Below, in pieces: positions 1 through 9,838 of a stretch of 64,000 bases of DNA. Origin of the DNA: a virus (lineage: Duplodnaviria; Caudoviricetes); IMG/VR virus record IMGVR_UViG_3300047160_010816, positions 13,188-77,187 of that record, one strand, 5' to 3'. The position numbers were made by a program, and so were the translations under genes. How positions within the stretch are numbered: the stretch's first letter is position 1; each line of letters starts with the position of its first letter. The notes under the pieces were generated by a model, which saw only the letters and a list, made by a program, of their open reading frames with translations, was not told the origin of the DNA and searched no databases.

Positions 1-1
1 G

Positions 2-124
2 GAGGCGATCCAGAGGCAGGAGAAGCAGCAGGCCGCCCTCGACAAAATGGTGGCCCGTCTGGACACCCTGGTTGACCAGGGTAAGGGGGCGAAACTGGAA
101 GTGGCACCGGCGATGTTGGTCTGA
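2..124 (+). CDS. 3' end of a gene truncated by the window edge, possibly tail tape measure protein
   Basis: Open frame EAIQRQEKQQAALDKMVARLDTLVDQGKGAKLEVAPAMLV* ending at TGA 122-124; helical, and upstream of tail-type genes. Confidence 0.35.
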   Translation, partial: EAIQRQEKQQAALDKMVARLDTLVDQGKGAKLEVAPAMLV

Positions 125-151
125 CGGGGATAGGTAGGAGGAGAGGGCGGG

Positions 152-196
152 GGGCCAGCAGTCTATTACACGGTCTCACGTAGCAAAGCGCCGGCT
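152..196 (-). ncRNA. Single TIGR-like guide unit on the minus strand
   Basis: Minus strand reads AGCCGGCGC-TTTGCTACG-TGAGACCGT-GTAATAGAC-TGCTGGCCC, the same 9/9/9/9 phasing as the arrays at 49.9-58.9 kb. Confidence 0.75.
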
Positions 197-213
197 GCTC
201 CCCGCCCGACTCT

Positions 214-243
214 ATTATACCGTACCGGAGGGGTATGTCGCAA
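214..243 (-). promoter_or_regulatory. Sigma70-like promoter pointing at the orphan TIGR-like unit
   Basis: Minus strand TTGCGA-N18-TATAAT, 17 nt upstream of the unit. Confidence 0.5.
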
Positions 244-1649
244 TGACCACAGCATTAGCAGGTCCCAGGACCTGGTCGATGGAGCGCGACGACGGCTCGA
301 ACCGCGAGTATAAATTGATGCTGCGCGTCATTTCCGACTCGCCCTACGACGGTCCGGCCACCGTCCTCCAGACGCCGGGGCTGCCGACCTGGGGAGCAAT
401 CTGGGCAGTAGACGATGATCTCGATGAATGGGCGTGGTGTCGCTGGAATGCTTCGATTAAGCCCGTCATTACAGGAGAGCCCAACTACCAATGGGACTGC
501 GAATTTACCTTCTCCACGAAACCTCCTGATCTGAAATATTGTAAGGACTCACAAATTGAAGACCCGCTCCTCATCCCCCCGCGAGTGTCGGGCAACTTCA
601 GCAAGGAAAAGGAAGAAGCAGTCTACGACCGTTTCGGCAAGCGCATCAAGAACAGTGCCTTCGAGCAGATACGAGGAGCAAAGGTAGAGTTCGACAAAAA
701 TAACTGGGCCGTAAAAATTGAAATGAACGTCGCCCTGCTCGACCTCTCTCTCATTACCTCAATGAAGGACTGCGTCAACAAATACCCGATGTGGGATTTA
801 CCGCCGCGGACCATCAAGTTCGCCACCTTCTCGTGGGAACGAAAATTCTACGGCCTCTGCTATGTCTACTACGTGGTGAACTACGAATTTGAGATACGGT
901 TCGACCCGGACAACAAGAAGGGGACCGTCTCCGGCTGGGACAAGGATTTAATGGACGAGGGTCACAAGGTCCTTAACGGCCACTGGGGCGTCAAGACCCG
1001 GCTCCTCCCGGGTAGCACTACAGATTTCGAGCGGCAGGACCAGTGGTACATCGACGACATCGGGGATGGCATCAAGGCCATCCCGAGTAACCCGCGCCAC
1101 TTCATCGAGTTCATCGACCGCCAGGGCAACAAAGGCAGCGTAATCCTGAAGAACGGTAAACCGGCCGGGGCGCTGGTCCAGGGGGCCACCACCTTCATCA
1201 CACAAGAGGGGTACAACCCCGTCGTCGGTAATACCTTCCTGCCCATCCTTAACCAGCCGCCCCTGCCGACCGACCCGACCTCCCCGTACTCCGCCAGCGG
1301 CGGGCTCCCGCTGGAGATCATCTTCCAGGACCCGAACATGATCACAACGGATGGGTTCGTCCTCATCAAGGGCCTGGACGAGAAGGGGGTGCCGGCCACC
1401 GAGGGCCTGGTCCTGGCCGATAACACGACTGGGGTGCCGATGTCCAATGCCCCCCTCGACTGGGAGACAGAGACCCTCTTTTCCCACGTGGATTCAATCG
1501 AGGTCGTAGGCTTTGACTTTGAGGGGGTCGCGACATTGCCGGTCCTGTGGGTCCAGACTCCCTACCGATTCGAGGACGCCGGCAACATCCACGTGGAGAA
1601 GTATGACGAGGCCGACTTCACCCTGCTGGGGATACCCCTCGACTTCTAA
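243..1649 (+). CDS. Putative tail-associated structural protein (468 aa)
   Basis: Long beta-rich ORF following the putative tape measure end; no catalytic motif recognised. Confidence 0.45.
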   Translation: MTTALAGPRTWSMERDDGSNREYKLMLRVISDSPYDGPATVLQTPGLPTWGAIWAVDDDLDEWAWCRWNASIKPVITGEPNYQWDCEFTFSTKPPDLKYCKDSQIEDPLLIPPRVSGNFSKEKEEAVYDRFGKRIKNSAFEQIRGAKVEFDKNNWAVKIEMNVALLDLSLITSMKDCVNKYPMWDLPPRTIKFATFSWERKFYGLCYVYYVVNYEFEIRFDPDNKKGTVSGWDKDLMDEGHKVLNGHWGVKTRLLPGSTTDFERQDQWYIDDIGDGIKAIPSNPRHFIEFIDRQGNKGSVILKNGKPAGALVQGATTFITQEGYNPVVGNTFLPILNQPPLPTDPTSPYSASGGLPLEIIFQDPNMITTDGFVLIKGLDEKGVPATEGLVLADNTTGVPMSNAPLDWETETLFSHVDSIEVVGFDFEGVATLPVLWVQTPYRFEDAGNIHVEKYDEADFTLLGIPLDF

Positions 1650-1663
1650 GGAGGAGCAAAGCC

Positions 1664-2101
1664 ATGTCCAGAGAAGCGAACGTGCAGTCGGGCCTCCAGA
1701 TCCGTAAGGGGGCGCTCCTCTACCAGGGCCAGCCCACGGGCGGGTCGGTGGACGTGGTCACGGCCACACCGATGGGGCCGACGCCTGGATCGGTCCTGGT
1801 CGCCACCACGGGGACCAACATCAGCCTGACCCAGCTGACCGCGATGGGAGGGCTGTGTCGCATCCAGAACCAGGACTCCAACAACCCGGTCAGCTGGGGC
1901 ATCCACGACCCCGGCACCGGCGACACCTTCATGGTCGGCGACTGCCTGCCCGGCGATCCGCCGTTCGTCTTCCGGCTGAGCCGGTTCCTCGGTCAGTACT
2001 TCCCCTCGGTCGGCACCGGCCCGGCCGGCTCGGGGGCCGCCCTGCGGTTCTACGCCACCGACTCGCCGTGCAAGGTCCTGGTGGAGGCATTCGATCCGTA
2101 A
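1664..2101 (+). CDS. Hypothetical (virion-associated?) protein
   Basis: 145 aa, GAGGAG RBS, within the tail operon. Confidence 0.55.
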   Translation: MSREANVQSGLQIRKGALLYQGQPTGGSVDVVTATPMGPTPGSVLVATTGTNISLTQLTAMGGLCRIQNQDSNNPVSWGIHDPGTGDTFMVGDCLPGDPPFVFRLSRFLGQYFPSVGTGPAGSGAALRFYATDSPCKVLVEAFDP

Positions 2102-2148
2102 CAGCAACGCCCGACCCTGTCCAACCTTCTGCCCTGGAGGAGCAAGAC

Positions 2149-2700
2149 ATGGCAGAGCACGACCCCTATGAAGAAATACCCCGACTGGAGCCCACCCCGC
2201 CGCCGCGCATCAACGGACCCCCGCCCAAGGTGCTCCTCCATAAGCCGTCGTCGCGGATAACGGTGGTGGAGACCGTCTACCACCAGCAGTCCGGCGGCCA
2301 GCCGACCGCGGTCGTCAACCGCCACGGCCGCCCCCTCGACACCGACGAGGCCCCCTACACCCGCCAGGTCAACCTGACGGAGGAGTGGCAGGCCCTCGAC
2401 CTCGGCTGGCTGGAGGGCAACGTCGGCATGCTGGTCCTGTCCAACGAGGAAGGCAAGGGCTACACGGTCAACCCGCCCAGGTCCGAGCTGGAGGACGTGC
2501 GCCGGCGGATCGTCGAGGTCACCTACGAGTGGCCGTCCGGACCCCGCGACATGCACAGCCCGCCCAAGGTGGCGTTGGCCCCCGAGTGGTACGTCTTCCC
2601 GGGGGAGAGTATGCGGGCGACGCCGGCCCACGCCGACCTCCTGCGGTTGCGTAGCCAACACGTCAAGGCCAGGGTGCTGCTGACCCTCTTCCCCAGGTGA
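2149..2700 (+). CDS. Hypothetical protein
   Basis: ATG 2149 after GGAGGAGCAAGAC; shares its frame with the track ORF 1855-2700. Confidence 0.6.
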   Translation: MAEHDPYEEIPRLEPTPPPRINGPPPKVLLHKPSSRITVVETVYHQQSGGQPTAVVNRHGRPLDTDEAPYTRQVNLTEEWQALDLGWLEGNVGMLVLSNEEGKGYTVNPPRSELEDVRRRIVEVTYEWPSGPRDMHSPPKVALAPEWYVFPGESMRATPAHADLLRLRSQHVKARVLLTLFPR

Positions 2701-2719
2701 GTACGGAGACGGAGTAGCG

Positions 2720-4918
2720 ATGAGCAAGGGCTACTACCTGACCGAAGCGGACGTTGCCGCGGTCAAGGAACTCCTGAAGCAGAGCCGCGATAGGCAGCTG
2801 CGGACTCTGCGCCGGCCGGATGTGCCCGACGAGAAGGGGCCGGCTGCCGACATCTACATCGCCCTGACGCCGGACAGCGGCATCCCGGCCCTGGCCCACG
2901 GCGGCCCCAACGCCATCGGCACCGGCAGCGCCGACCAGCCCGGCTCGGCCCTGTGCTACATCGCCCGTATCATCGTTGACAGTCAGACCGGTAAGCCCGG
3001 CCTCCACCCCCTCGACCCGGCATTCCGGGAGGTCTATAACCTCACTGACAGGATAGTGCCCGGCTCCTGCTGGATACTGGTCGAGCGCGACAACTTCGGC
3101 TACTGGATCTTCGCCCAGCTGGGGGCCTGCCTCCCCACGACCACCACGCATACGACCGGCACCACCGTCACCCGCTGCGCCGGCCAGTGCCAGTGGCTGT
3201 GCGTGGATGACGGCTCGGGTAACGGCACCCGCGAGTGGATGCTCCAGGCCGACGGCTGCTTCGAGGAGGCGGGGACCTCCCCAATAGTCGGCACCGGCAG
3301 CGAGGTCACCCTCTGCCAGTGCAACGAACCGACCTACTGCTGCGGGACGTGCGGCAACCCCGACGAGATCACCTTCACCTCCTGCACGACCGGCGACCCC
3401 ATCGGTCAGCCCGATTGCTCGGGGACCACGGCGACGACGGGGAGCACCGAATCGACCGGCTCAACTGCCTCCACCTCCGAGACTACTCCGACCTCGTCCG
3501 CTGACTGCCCTGGCTGCCACTGGCTGTGCACCCTCTGCTACTCTGCTACTGGGTTCTGCTGGATACGCGACCCGGCCTACGCCATCGGGATAAACAGCAC
3601 GTTCATCGACGGCTGTAACCTCAACGGTGTCATCCCTCCGCCGTGCGATCCTTGCCGGGTTCCGCTATCGAGCTGCACCGGACCGTCCGATTGTGGCAAC
3701 AAGGCGTATACCTCGTGCGCCGTGACGGTCACGACTCAGACTACGATATTCTGCCTCAATCAGTGCACCTGGATATGGGACCCGTTCGCAACGCCGACGC
3801 CGCGGTGGTACATCACGCCACCGATCTACCCGTGCAACCCCCCGAACATAGCGCCAACTTTCTGCGCCTGCGACTACCCTTCGGTGGACGGTGCGGTCTG
3901 CGCCCAGCTGACTATAACGCCGTGCGTCTTCCATATCTCGACTACGGCCAGCACGGGTAGCACCGGCTCGACCGGACCGACTAGCCCCACGACCGGTTAC
4001 ACGACGGGGACCGTCATCGGCTGCACCGGCCACTGTCGCTGGTCCTGGAGCGTGGAGCTGGACGACTGGACCCTGGTCTGCACCGATTGCCCGGCCTACT
4101 GCGTCTGCCCCAGCGCGCCCCTGACCGATGGCCTGGTGGACGGCCAGACTCAGCTGATGCCGTGCGCCACGAGCGGGTCATCCACTTCCAGCAGTAGCTC
4201 CTCCTCGTCGACCACCACCGGCTCGACCAGCGCGACCACGACCTCGACCCCATGCGGGACGTGCACCTGGATGTGCGTCGGCAGCCCCCTCCACTGGGTC
4301 GTCGCCGGCGGCACCTGTTCGGGGACGTGCATCTGTATCCCGCCCACGGTGGCCTGCTCCTTCACCGACCAGTCCGCCACCGTCCCCTGCGGGCACACGA
4401 CCGGTACGACGGCCAGCACGACCGCCTCGACGCCGACCACCTGCGGCACGACCACCTGCACGGCCACGCTGACCTCCCACACCGGAACCGACTGCGGGGT
4501 CTGCTTCTACCAGGCATGCGGCGTTACTCTGGTTAACTGCGTGGTCACCGGCTCCTGGAGCCTACTGGCCGCCGGCTGCCTTGACCTGACCAACTGCTCG
4601 TGCAGTTACCCGCCGTGTCCGCCGCCCTTGACCAACGAGGGAGCACCCTGCGTCGGCACGAATACCCTCTGCGCCGGCACGCCGAGCACGTCCACGCCGA
4701 CCACGGCCAGCACGAGCAGCAGTACGACGACATCCCTGAACACCAGCTGCACGTGTCTGTGGTTCTGCCACTTCCTAGGCGGCAGCAGTTACGGCTGGGT
4801 AGTGAACCAGGACTATTGCAGTTCGTTTCCCGTCTGCGGTGGCCCGTGCGCCTTTCCCAGCGGCTCGTGCGGTTCGGGTCAGGTGGGGCAATTCGAGACC
4901 ACGGGGTGCATCATGTAA
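2720..4918 (+). CDS. Cys-rich repeat protein with Thr/Ser linkers (candidate fibre or adhesin)
   Basis: About 7 modules of the form C-x-x-x-C-x-W...W...C...C-x-C...PC separated by poly-Thr/Ser tracts. Confidence 0.6.
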   Translation: MSKGYYLTEADVAAVKELLKQSRDRQLRTLRRPDVPDEKGPAADIYIALTPDSGIPALAHGGPNAIGTGSADQPGSALCYIARIIVDSQTGKPGLHPLDPAFREVYNLTDRIVPGSCWILVERDNFGYWIFAQLGACLPTTTTHTTGTTVTRCAGQCQWLCVDDGSGNGTREWMLQADGCFEEAGTSPIVGTGSEVTLCQCNEPTYCCGTCGNPDEITFTSCTTGDPIGQPDCSGTTATTGSTESTGSTASTSETTPTSSADCPGCHWLCTLCYSATGFCWIRDPAYAIGINSTFIDGCNLNGVIPPPCDPCRVPLSSCTGPSDCGNKAYTSCAVTVTTQTTIFCLNQCTWIWDPFATPTPRWYITPPIYPCNPPNIAPTFCACDYPSVDGAVCAQLTITPCVFHISTTASTGSTGSTGPTSPTTGYTTGTVIGCTGHCRWSWSVELDDWTLVCTDCPAYCVCPSAPLTDGLVDGQTQLMPCATSGSSTSSSSSSSSTTTGSTSATTTSTPCGTCTWMCVGSPLHWVVAGGTCSGTCICIPPTVACSFTDQSATVPCGHTTGTTASTTASTPTTCGTTTCTATLTSHTGTDCGVCFYQACGVTLVNCVVTGSWSLLAAGCLDLTNCSCSYPPCPPPLTNEGAPCVGTNTLCAGTPSTSTPTTASTSSSTTTSLNTSCTCLWFCHFLGGSSYGWVVNQDYCSSFPVCGGPCAFPSGSCGSGQVGQFETTGCIM

Positions 4919-4954
4919 CTTCGCCCTTATCCTTAGGAGCAAGAGGAAGGAGCT

Positions 4955-6970
4955 ATGACAAGACCGAGACTGACCATAGGAATGGCCACCAACAACGACT
5001 TCGACGGCGTCTTCTTCACCGTCCAAGCCTTGCGGATGTACCACGCCGACGTAATGAGGGAGTCGGAACTGGTCATCGTCAACAACGGTGACCCCGACAG
5101 CCCGGCCAGCAAGGAGCTGCGGGCCACCGCCGGCTGGTGGTATGGCCAGACCCGCGAGGCCAAGACGAGGGAGGGGGCCGGCGCTCCGCACACGCTCGGG
5201 CATTTCCAGTACCACGAGCTGAAGTACCCGAAGGGGACGGCGGCACCGCGGGACATGGTCTTCCGGGTGGCCCAGGGGGAATTCGTCCTATGCATGGACT
5301 GCCACGTGCTCCTCTGGGAAGGCTCACTCAACCGGTTGCTTAGGGGGTACCCCAACTACGGCGACGACCTCATCACCGGCCCCCTGACCTACTACGGTCT
5401 GGAGACGTTCAGCACTCACTTCGACGACGTGTGGCGTGACCAGATGTGGGGGACGTGGAACGTGGCCTGGGAGTGCCCCGATTGTGGGATGCTGTTCTCC
5501 TCTCTCCAGCGGCCGGAGGGGAAGATGGTCCTGACTCAGCTAATGTCCAAGCACCCGATGGCATCCTTCAACCGTTGTCGCTGTGGCAGGATGCTGCCAT
5601 CCAACATCGACTGGGCTCGCCACGAGGACGCCCTGAAGCGGGCCGGCCTGAAGTGCGTGGCCGAGGATATGGACCACCAGCCCATTGAGATACCGGCCCA
5701 GGGCCTCGGCCTCTTCGGGGCGCGGCGGGACAGCTGGCTCGGGTTCAACGACAAGTTCCGCGGCTTCGGCGGGGAGGAGTGGTACATCCACGAGAAGTAC
5801 CGCCGGGCCGGGCGAAGGTGCCTCTGCCTGCCCTACCTCCGCTGGATGCACCGCTTCGGCTACGTCGGCACCCCGCCCTACGCGCCGCGGCTGTGGGATA
5901 AGGCCAGGAACTACTGGATCGGCCACCACGAGCTGGGCATCCCCCAGGACCGTATGCGTGAGAACCTGTCCAAGGCCCTGCCGCCCGGCGATGCCATGTT
6001 CCAGATACTGGACACCTTCGATCCCAAGGACCCGCCGGAGATGCCACCGCCGGAGCGGATCACCCCGGCCAAGACCCTGCCGCCGGGGATGAAAGTCGCC
6101 AACGTCGTGCCGGCCGAGTCCTGGCAGGGGACACCCCAAGTCTACGAGGAGCAAATCGTGCACACCACACCCCCGCCGGCCCAGCAGCCGGTACCCGCCC
6201 AGCCTCAACCCCAGTTCGCCGGCTTCGGTCCGGGTACAGAGATGAAGAAGCTCCTCCACTCGCTCGGCATTGACCCCGGCCCCAACTGCGATTGCAACGC
6301 CCGCGCCTCCATGATGGACCATTGGGGCGTCAAGGGCTGCCGCGAGCATTTCCAGGAGATCGTGGGCTGGCTGAAGGACGGCCAGGCCCGCTGGGGCTGG
6401 AAGGAGAAGCTGGCAGCGGCGACCAAGGCCGTGACGACCGGGCTGGCCTTCAAGTTGAATCCTCTGGACCCCTTCCCTGGCATCGTTGAGGAGTCAATCT
6501 GCCGGGCCGAGAAGAGGGCCAAGGAAGTTCTGGAGAGCATGCCGGCCGGCGACGTGCCGCTGCACACCATGCGGCCGGTCTCCCTGTCGGCCCTCGGCTA
6601 CGACCCCGCCCACCGGCCGGTCATCCTGGGGATGGAGCACCCGCATAGTTTCCAGCTCCACCCCTTCCCCGGCGGACCGTCCACGGCCGTGTGGGAGGTC
6701 GGCGGTCGGTACAAGCGGCTGGCGGGGGCCGTGGCCATCGACGACCGGGCCAACGGCGGGGCCGGACCCGATACGCCGTTGGTCTTCTCCGTGCTCGTGG
6801 ACGGCACCGAGGTCTGGAAGTCCCAACCGGCCAAGCGGCCCAAGCAGATCCAGGAGTTCTCGGTCGGCCTGGAGGGCAGGAGTCAGATCGAACTGCGGGT
6901 GGACTGCCCCGGCTCCAACTACTGCGCCCACGCCGTCTGGGTCGCCCCGCGACTGGAGGTGGGACCGTGA
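4955..6970 (+). CDS. GT2-like glycosyltransferase fused to a C-terminal NPCBM/NEW2-like carbohydrate-binding module
   Basis: LTIGMAT...VLCMDCHV (DxH/DxD-like), GFGGEE motif; C-terminus YKRLAGAVAIDD...VFSVLVDG...IELRVD...HAVWVAPRL. Confidence 0.7.
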   Translation: MTRPRLTIGMATNNDFDGVFFTVQALRMYHADVMRESELVIVNNGDPDSPASKELRATAGWWYGQTREAKTREGAGAPHTLGHFQYHELKYPKGTAAPRDMVFRVAQGEFVLCMDCHVLLWEGSLNRLLRGYPNYGDDLITGPLTYYGLETFSTHFDDVWRDQMWGTWNVAWECPDCGMLFSSLQRPEGKMVLTQLMSKHPMASFNRCRCGRMLPSNIDWARHEDALKRAGLKCVAEDMDHQPIEIPAQGLGLFGARRDSWLGFNDKFRGFGGEEWYIHEKYRRAGRRCLCLPYLRWMHRFGYVGTPPYAPRLWDKARNYWIGHHELGIPQDRMRENLSKALPPGDAMFQILDTFDPKDPPEMPPPERITPAKTLPPGMKVANVVPAESWQGTPQVYEEQIVHTTPPPAQQPVPAQPQPQFAGFGPGTEMKKLLHSLGIDPGPNCDCNARASMMDHWGVKGCREHFQEIVGWLKDGQARWGWKEKLAAATKAVTTGLAFKLNPLDPFPGIVEESICRAEKRAKEVLESMPAGDVPLHTMRPVSLSALGYDPAHRPVILGMEHPHSFQLHPFPGGPSTAVWEVGGRYKRLAGAVAIDDRANGGAGPDTPLVFSVLVDGTEVWKSQPAKRPKQIQEFSVGLEGRSQIELRVDCPGSNYCAHAVWVAPRLEVGP

Positions 6971-7779
6971 ACGTCAACGACGACTGGGTCTGGGACTACG
7001 GGAAGGAGCAGTGGAAGACCCTCCCCGGAGTCACCTGCCTGTGCCCGACCTACGGCCGCCCGCCGGACCGGCTCCACGTCCTGGAGGAAGCTATCGAGAG
7101 TTTCCTCCGCCAGGACTACCCCGGCCCCAGGCAGTTGCTCATCCTGAACGACGCCGTCCGCCAGTGGCTCGACTTCGAGGGCGGGAAGGTGCCGCCGGGG
7201 ACCTACCTGGTCAACGCCGACCACCGCTTCCCGTCCGTAGGAGCAAAGATGAACTGGCTGTGCGAGAACGCGAAGTACGACCTGCTCCTCCCCTGGGACG
7301 ATGACGACATCAGTCTGCCCGACCGCATCAGTCAGGCGGTCTTCCGACTGGGCAACGGCCCCTACTGGAATCCCGGCTTTCACTGGCACCTCGATTTCGA
7401 CGACCTCCAGTATCTGCCTGAGCAGTCGGTCTGCGGCCACGCCGCCAGCATCTTCCGCAAGGATGCGTGGAAGAAGGCCGGCAAGTACCCCGCTGACAGC
7501 AGCAACGGCTACGACCAGGAGCTGAACGGTCGGCTGTGGGCGCTGGAGCGGCTGCCGTCCCTAAGGAAGGAGCACCCGGAGGAATGGAAGTACGTCTGCT
7601 GCTGGGCGGGCAGGAGCCCCACCCACATCAGCGGCTACGGCCTCAAGGCCGACGCCGCCTACCACAACGAGGTCGCCGAGCGCGGCAGGGTCAAGGGCGT
7701 CTGGAGGCTCCGACCGCACTGGGGCCGCGACTACCCGGCGATGGTCGCCCGCAAACTGGAGGAGCTGGGCCGTGCATAA
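6967..7779 (+). CDS. GT2 family glycosyltransferase
   Basis: VTCLCPTYGR...AIESFLRQDY...LLILND...WDDDD; GTG start overlaps the upstream stop. Confidence 0.8.
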   Translation: MNVNDDWVWDYGKEQWKTLPGVTCLCPTYGRPPDRLHVLEEAIESFLRQDYPGPRQLLILNDAVRQWLDFEGGKVPPGTYLVNADHRFPSVGAKMNWLCENAKYDLLLPWDDDDISLPDRISQAVFRLGNGPYWNPGFHWHLDFDDLQYLPEQSVCGHAASIFRKDAWKKAGKYPADSSNGYDQELNGRLWALERLPSLRKEHPEEWKYVCCWAGRSPTHISGYGLKADAAYHNEVAERGRVKGVWRLRPHWGRDYPAMVARKLEELGRA

Positions 7780-8545
7780 ACCCAAGTGGGCCTACGGGAT
7801 AACGACGGTGCCGGGGCGGGCCGACCAGTTGCTCCCCCGCACCATCAAGTCCCTCGACCGGGCCGGCTTCGGCAGCCCCCGGCTGTTCGTGGATGGGATC
7901 AACGGGACGGAGGGGGAGTGGATGGCCGGCCAGTTCGGGCTGGAGGTGACGGCCCGCTACCCGGCCGTCCGGACCTTCGGCAACTGGGCGTTGGCCCTGT
8001 GGGAGCTGTACCTCCGCGACCCCGAGGCCGACCGCTACGCCCTCTTCCAGGATGACCTGGTAACCTACCGCCACCTGCGCGACTACCTGAACACAGTAGA
8101 GCTGAAGGAGCGGACCTACTGGAACCTGCTGACCTTCCCCATGAACGAGAAGATGGCCCGGCCCGGAGTCATCGGCTTCTACCCTTCCAACCAGAAGGGG
8201 CTGGGAGCACTGGCCCTGGTCTTCAGCCGCCAGGGGGTCCAGGACCTGCTGACGGCCCGCTCCTTCGTCCAGAAGTGTGTGGATGCCCACCGCGGCTACC
8301 GCAACCTCGACGGGGCGATCCAGAACGCCCTGGTCGGCCCGGAGATCCTCAATAATGAGCCGCCGCGACCCGGCTACTACACCGAGCTGGTCCACAACCC
8401 CTCCCTGGTCCAGCACACCGGCAACGGTGCGACCACCCTGCCCCTCCAGAAGCCGCACCCGCTCAGCAGCACCTTTCGGGGAGAGGACTTTGACGCGAGG
8501 GAGATGATATGCTCGGTGACGCCGTCGCCCGCGCCCTGTCGCTAG
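7772..8545 (+). CDS. GT-A fold glycosyltransferase-like protein
   Basis: YALFQDD motif, GALALVF and SLVQHTG segments. Confidence 0.6.
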   Translation: MHKPKWAYGITTVPGRADQLLPRTIKSLDRAGFGSPRLFVDGINGTEGEWMAGQFGLEVTARYPAVRTFGNWALALWELYLRDPEADRYALFQDDLVTYRHLRDYLNTVELKERTYWNLLTFPMNEKMARPGVIGFYPSNQKGLGALALVFSRQGVQDLLTARSFVQKCVDAHRGYRNLDGAIQNALVGPEILNNEPPRPGYYTELVHNPSLVQHTGNGATTLPLQKPHPLSSTFRGEDFDAREMICSVTPSPAPCR

Positions 8546-8709
8546 TCGGGGTGACGGAAAATAGGGTAGAATGGTGGCTCGGCCAACCGTGCTCCTGCGC
8601 CGAGAGGAAGGCTAAACTAAACGCCCTCGACGCCTGGGCACGGCGTATAATAGCGGGTCGGCTAGAAAAAGCCGAGGAATACCTGGACCGAATCCTAGGA
8701 GGGGAATGA
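8509..8709 (+). CDS. Small hypothetical protein
   Basis: 66 aa with CSC motif, coupled to neighbours. Confidence 0.5.
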   Translation: MLGDAVARALSLVGVTENRVEWWLGQPCSCAERKAKLNALDAWARRIIAGRLEKAEEYLDRILGGE

Positions 8710-8710
8710 G

Positions 8711-8926
8711 ATGAGTGCAGAGGAGCAACCACGGTGCCGCCGCTGTGCCGCGCCGGTCAAGATCACGGGGGACCTCTGCGAGGACTGCCTCGTGGAGTCG
8801 TGGTTTCGTATGGGGCTGGGGAACCCCGGAGAAATCGGCTGGGTCAAGCAACGGGGGGCCTGGGCCAGAGTCAACCGAGCCCCCACCACCCACCGGGTCG
8901 TCAGGAAACAGCTGACGGCCATCTAA
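8711..8926 (+). CDS. Small Zn-ribbon-like protein
   Basis: CRRC...CEDC, GGAG-like RBS. Confidence 0.5.
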   Translation: MSAEEQPRCRRCAAPVKITGDLCEDCLVESWFRMGLGNPGEIGWVKQRGAWARVNRAPTTHRVVRKQLTAI

Positions 8927-8946
8927 CGAGGAAGGGAGCAAGAACG

Positions 8947-9309
8947 ATGGGACTATTTGTCACGGGAGACTTTACCCTCCACAGCGGGGCCAAGTCCCGG
9001 TGGAAGATCGACTGCGACGTGCTAACCGATGACGATTGGGACACGCTGGCGGTCATCGCCCTGGAGCGGCTGCCGCCGTTCCGCATAACTGTCGGCATAC
9101 CCCAGGGCGGCATGAAGTTCGCCCGCGCCCTCCAGAGGTACGCCACCAACCGGGAGGACGATCCCATCCTCCTGTGCGACGACGTGCTAACCACCGGCCG
9201 GTCCTTCTACGACGCCAGGAACGGCGGCGCGGAGTACAAGGTCATCGGCGTGGCTGCCTTTGGACGGGGCTACCCGCCGGCCTGGGTGAAGGTCATCTTC
9301 CAGATGTAA
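8947..9309 (+). CDS. Type I phosphoribosyltransferase (orotate PRTase-like, short)
   Basis: FTLHSG...WKIDC and PRPP-binding loop LLCDDVLTTGRS. Confidence 0.8.
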   Translation: MGLFVTGDFTLHSGAKSRWKIDCDVLTDDDWDTLAVIALERLPPFRITVGIPQGGMKFARALQRYATNREDDPILLCDDVLTTGRSFYDARNGGAEYKVIGVAAFGRGYPPAWVKVIFQM

Positions 9310-9328
9310 CCGACGAAGGGAGCAAGAC

Positions 9329-9838
9329 ATGAAAGTGGGTACTATCAACCGCCTGTCACCATTGAAACTGAGATTCTGGCACCGGGTACACAAGGACGGA
9401 CCGATCTATTCAGGACTAGGGCCATGCTGGATTTACCAGGGCTATACAGAGGATTTCGGCTACGGGGTCCTCCACGGTGACGGACGGAGGTGGAGGTCAC
9501 ACCAGCTTAGCTGGGTCTATGCCTATGGACCGATTCCCAAAGGGATGTGTGTTCTCCACAGATGTGACAATCCTCCCTGTGTCAACCCAGAGCACCTGTT
9601 CCTTGGCACACGGCGCGACAACAACCTGGATAGGGATGAGAAGGGTAGACTAGGGGATAAGGTGGGAGAGGCAAACGGCCACGACATTCTGACCGAGGGT
9701 CAAGTCCTAGAGATTCGTCGGAGACATAAGAGGGGGGACAGACGGAACGGAACAAGAGGCTTGGCGGCAGAATTCGGGGTCTGCCCGTCTACTATTTCAG
9801 CAATCGTCAACCGAAGGAATTGGAGCCACCTACCATGA
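9329..9838 (+). CDS. HNH homing endonuclease
   Basis: CWIYQG...VLHRCDNPPCVNPEHLFLGT...N; locally lower GC. Confidence 0.9.
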   Translation: MKVGTINRLSPLKLRFWHRVHKDGPIYSGLGPCWIYQGYTEDFGYGVLHGDGRRWRSHQLSWVYAYGPIPKGMCVLHRCDNPPCVNPEHLFLGTRRDNNLDRDEKGRLGDKVGEANGHDILTEGQVLEIRRRHKRGDRRNGTRGLAAEFGVCPSTISAIVNRRNWSHLP

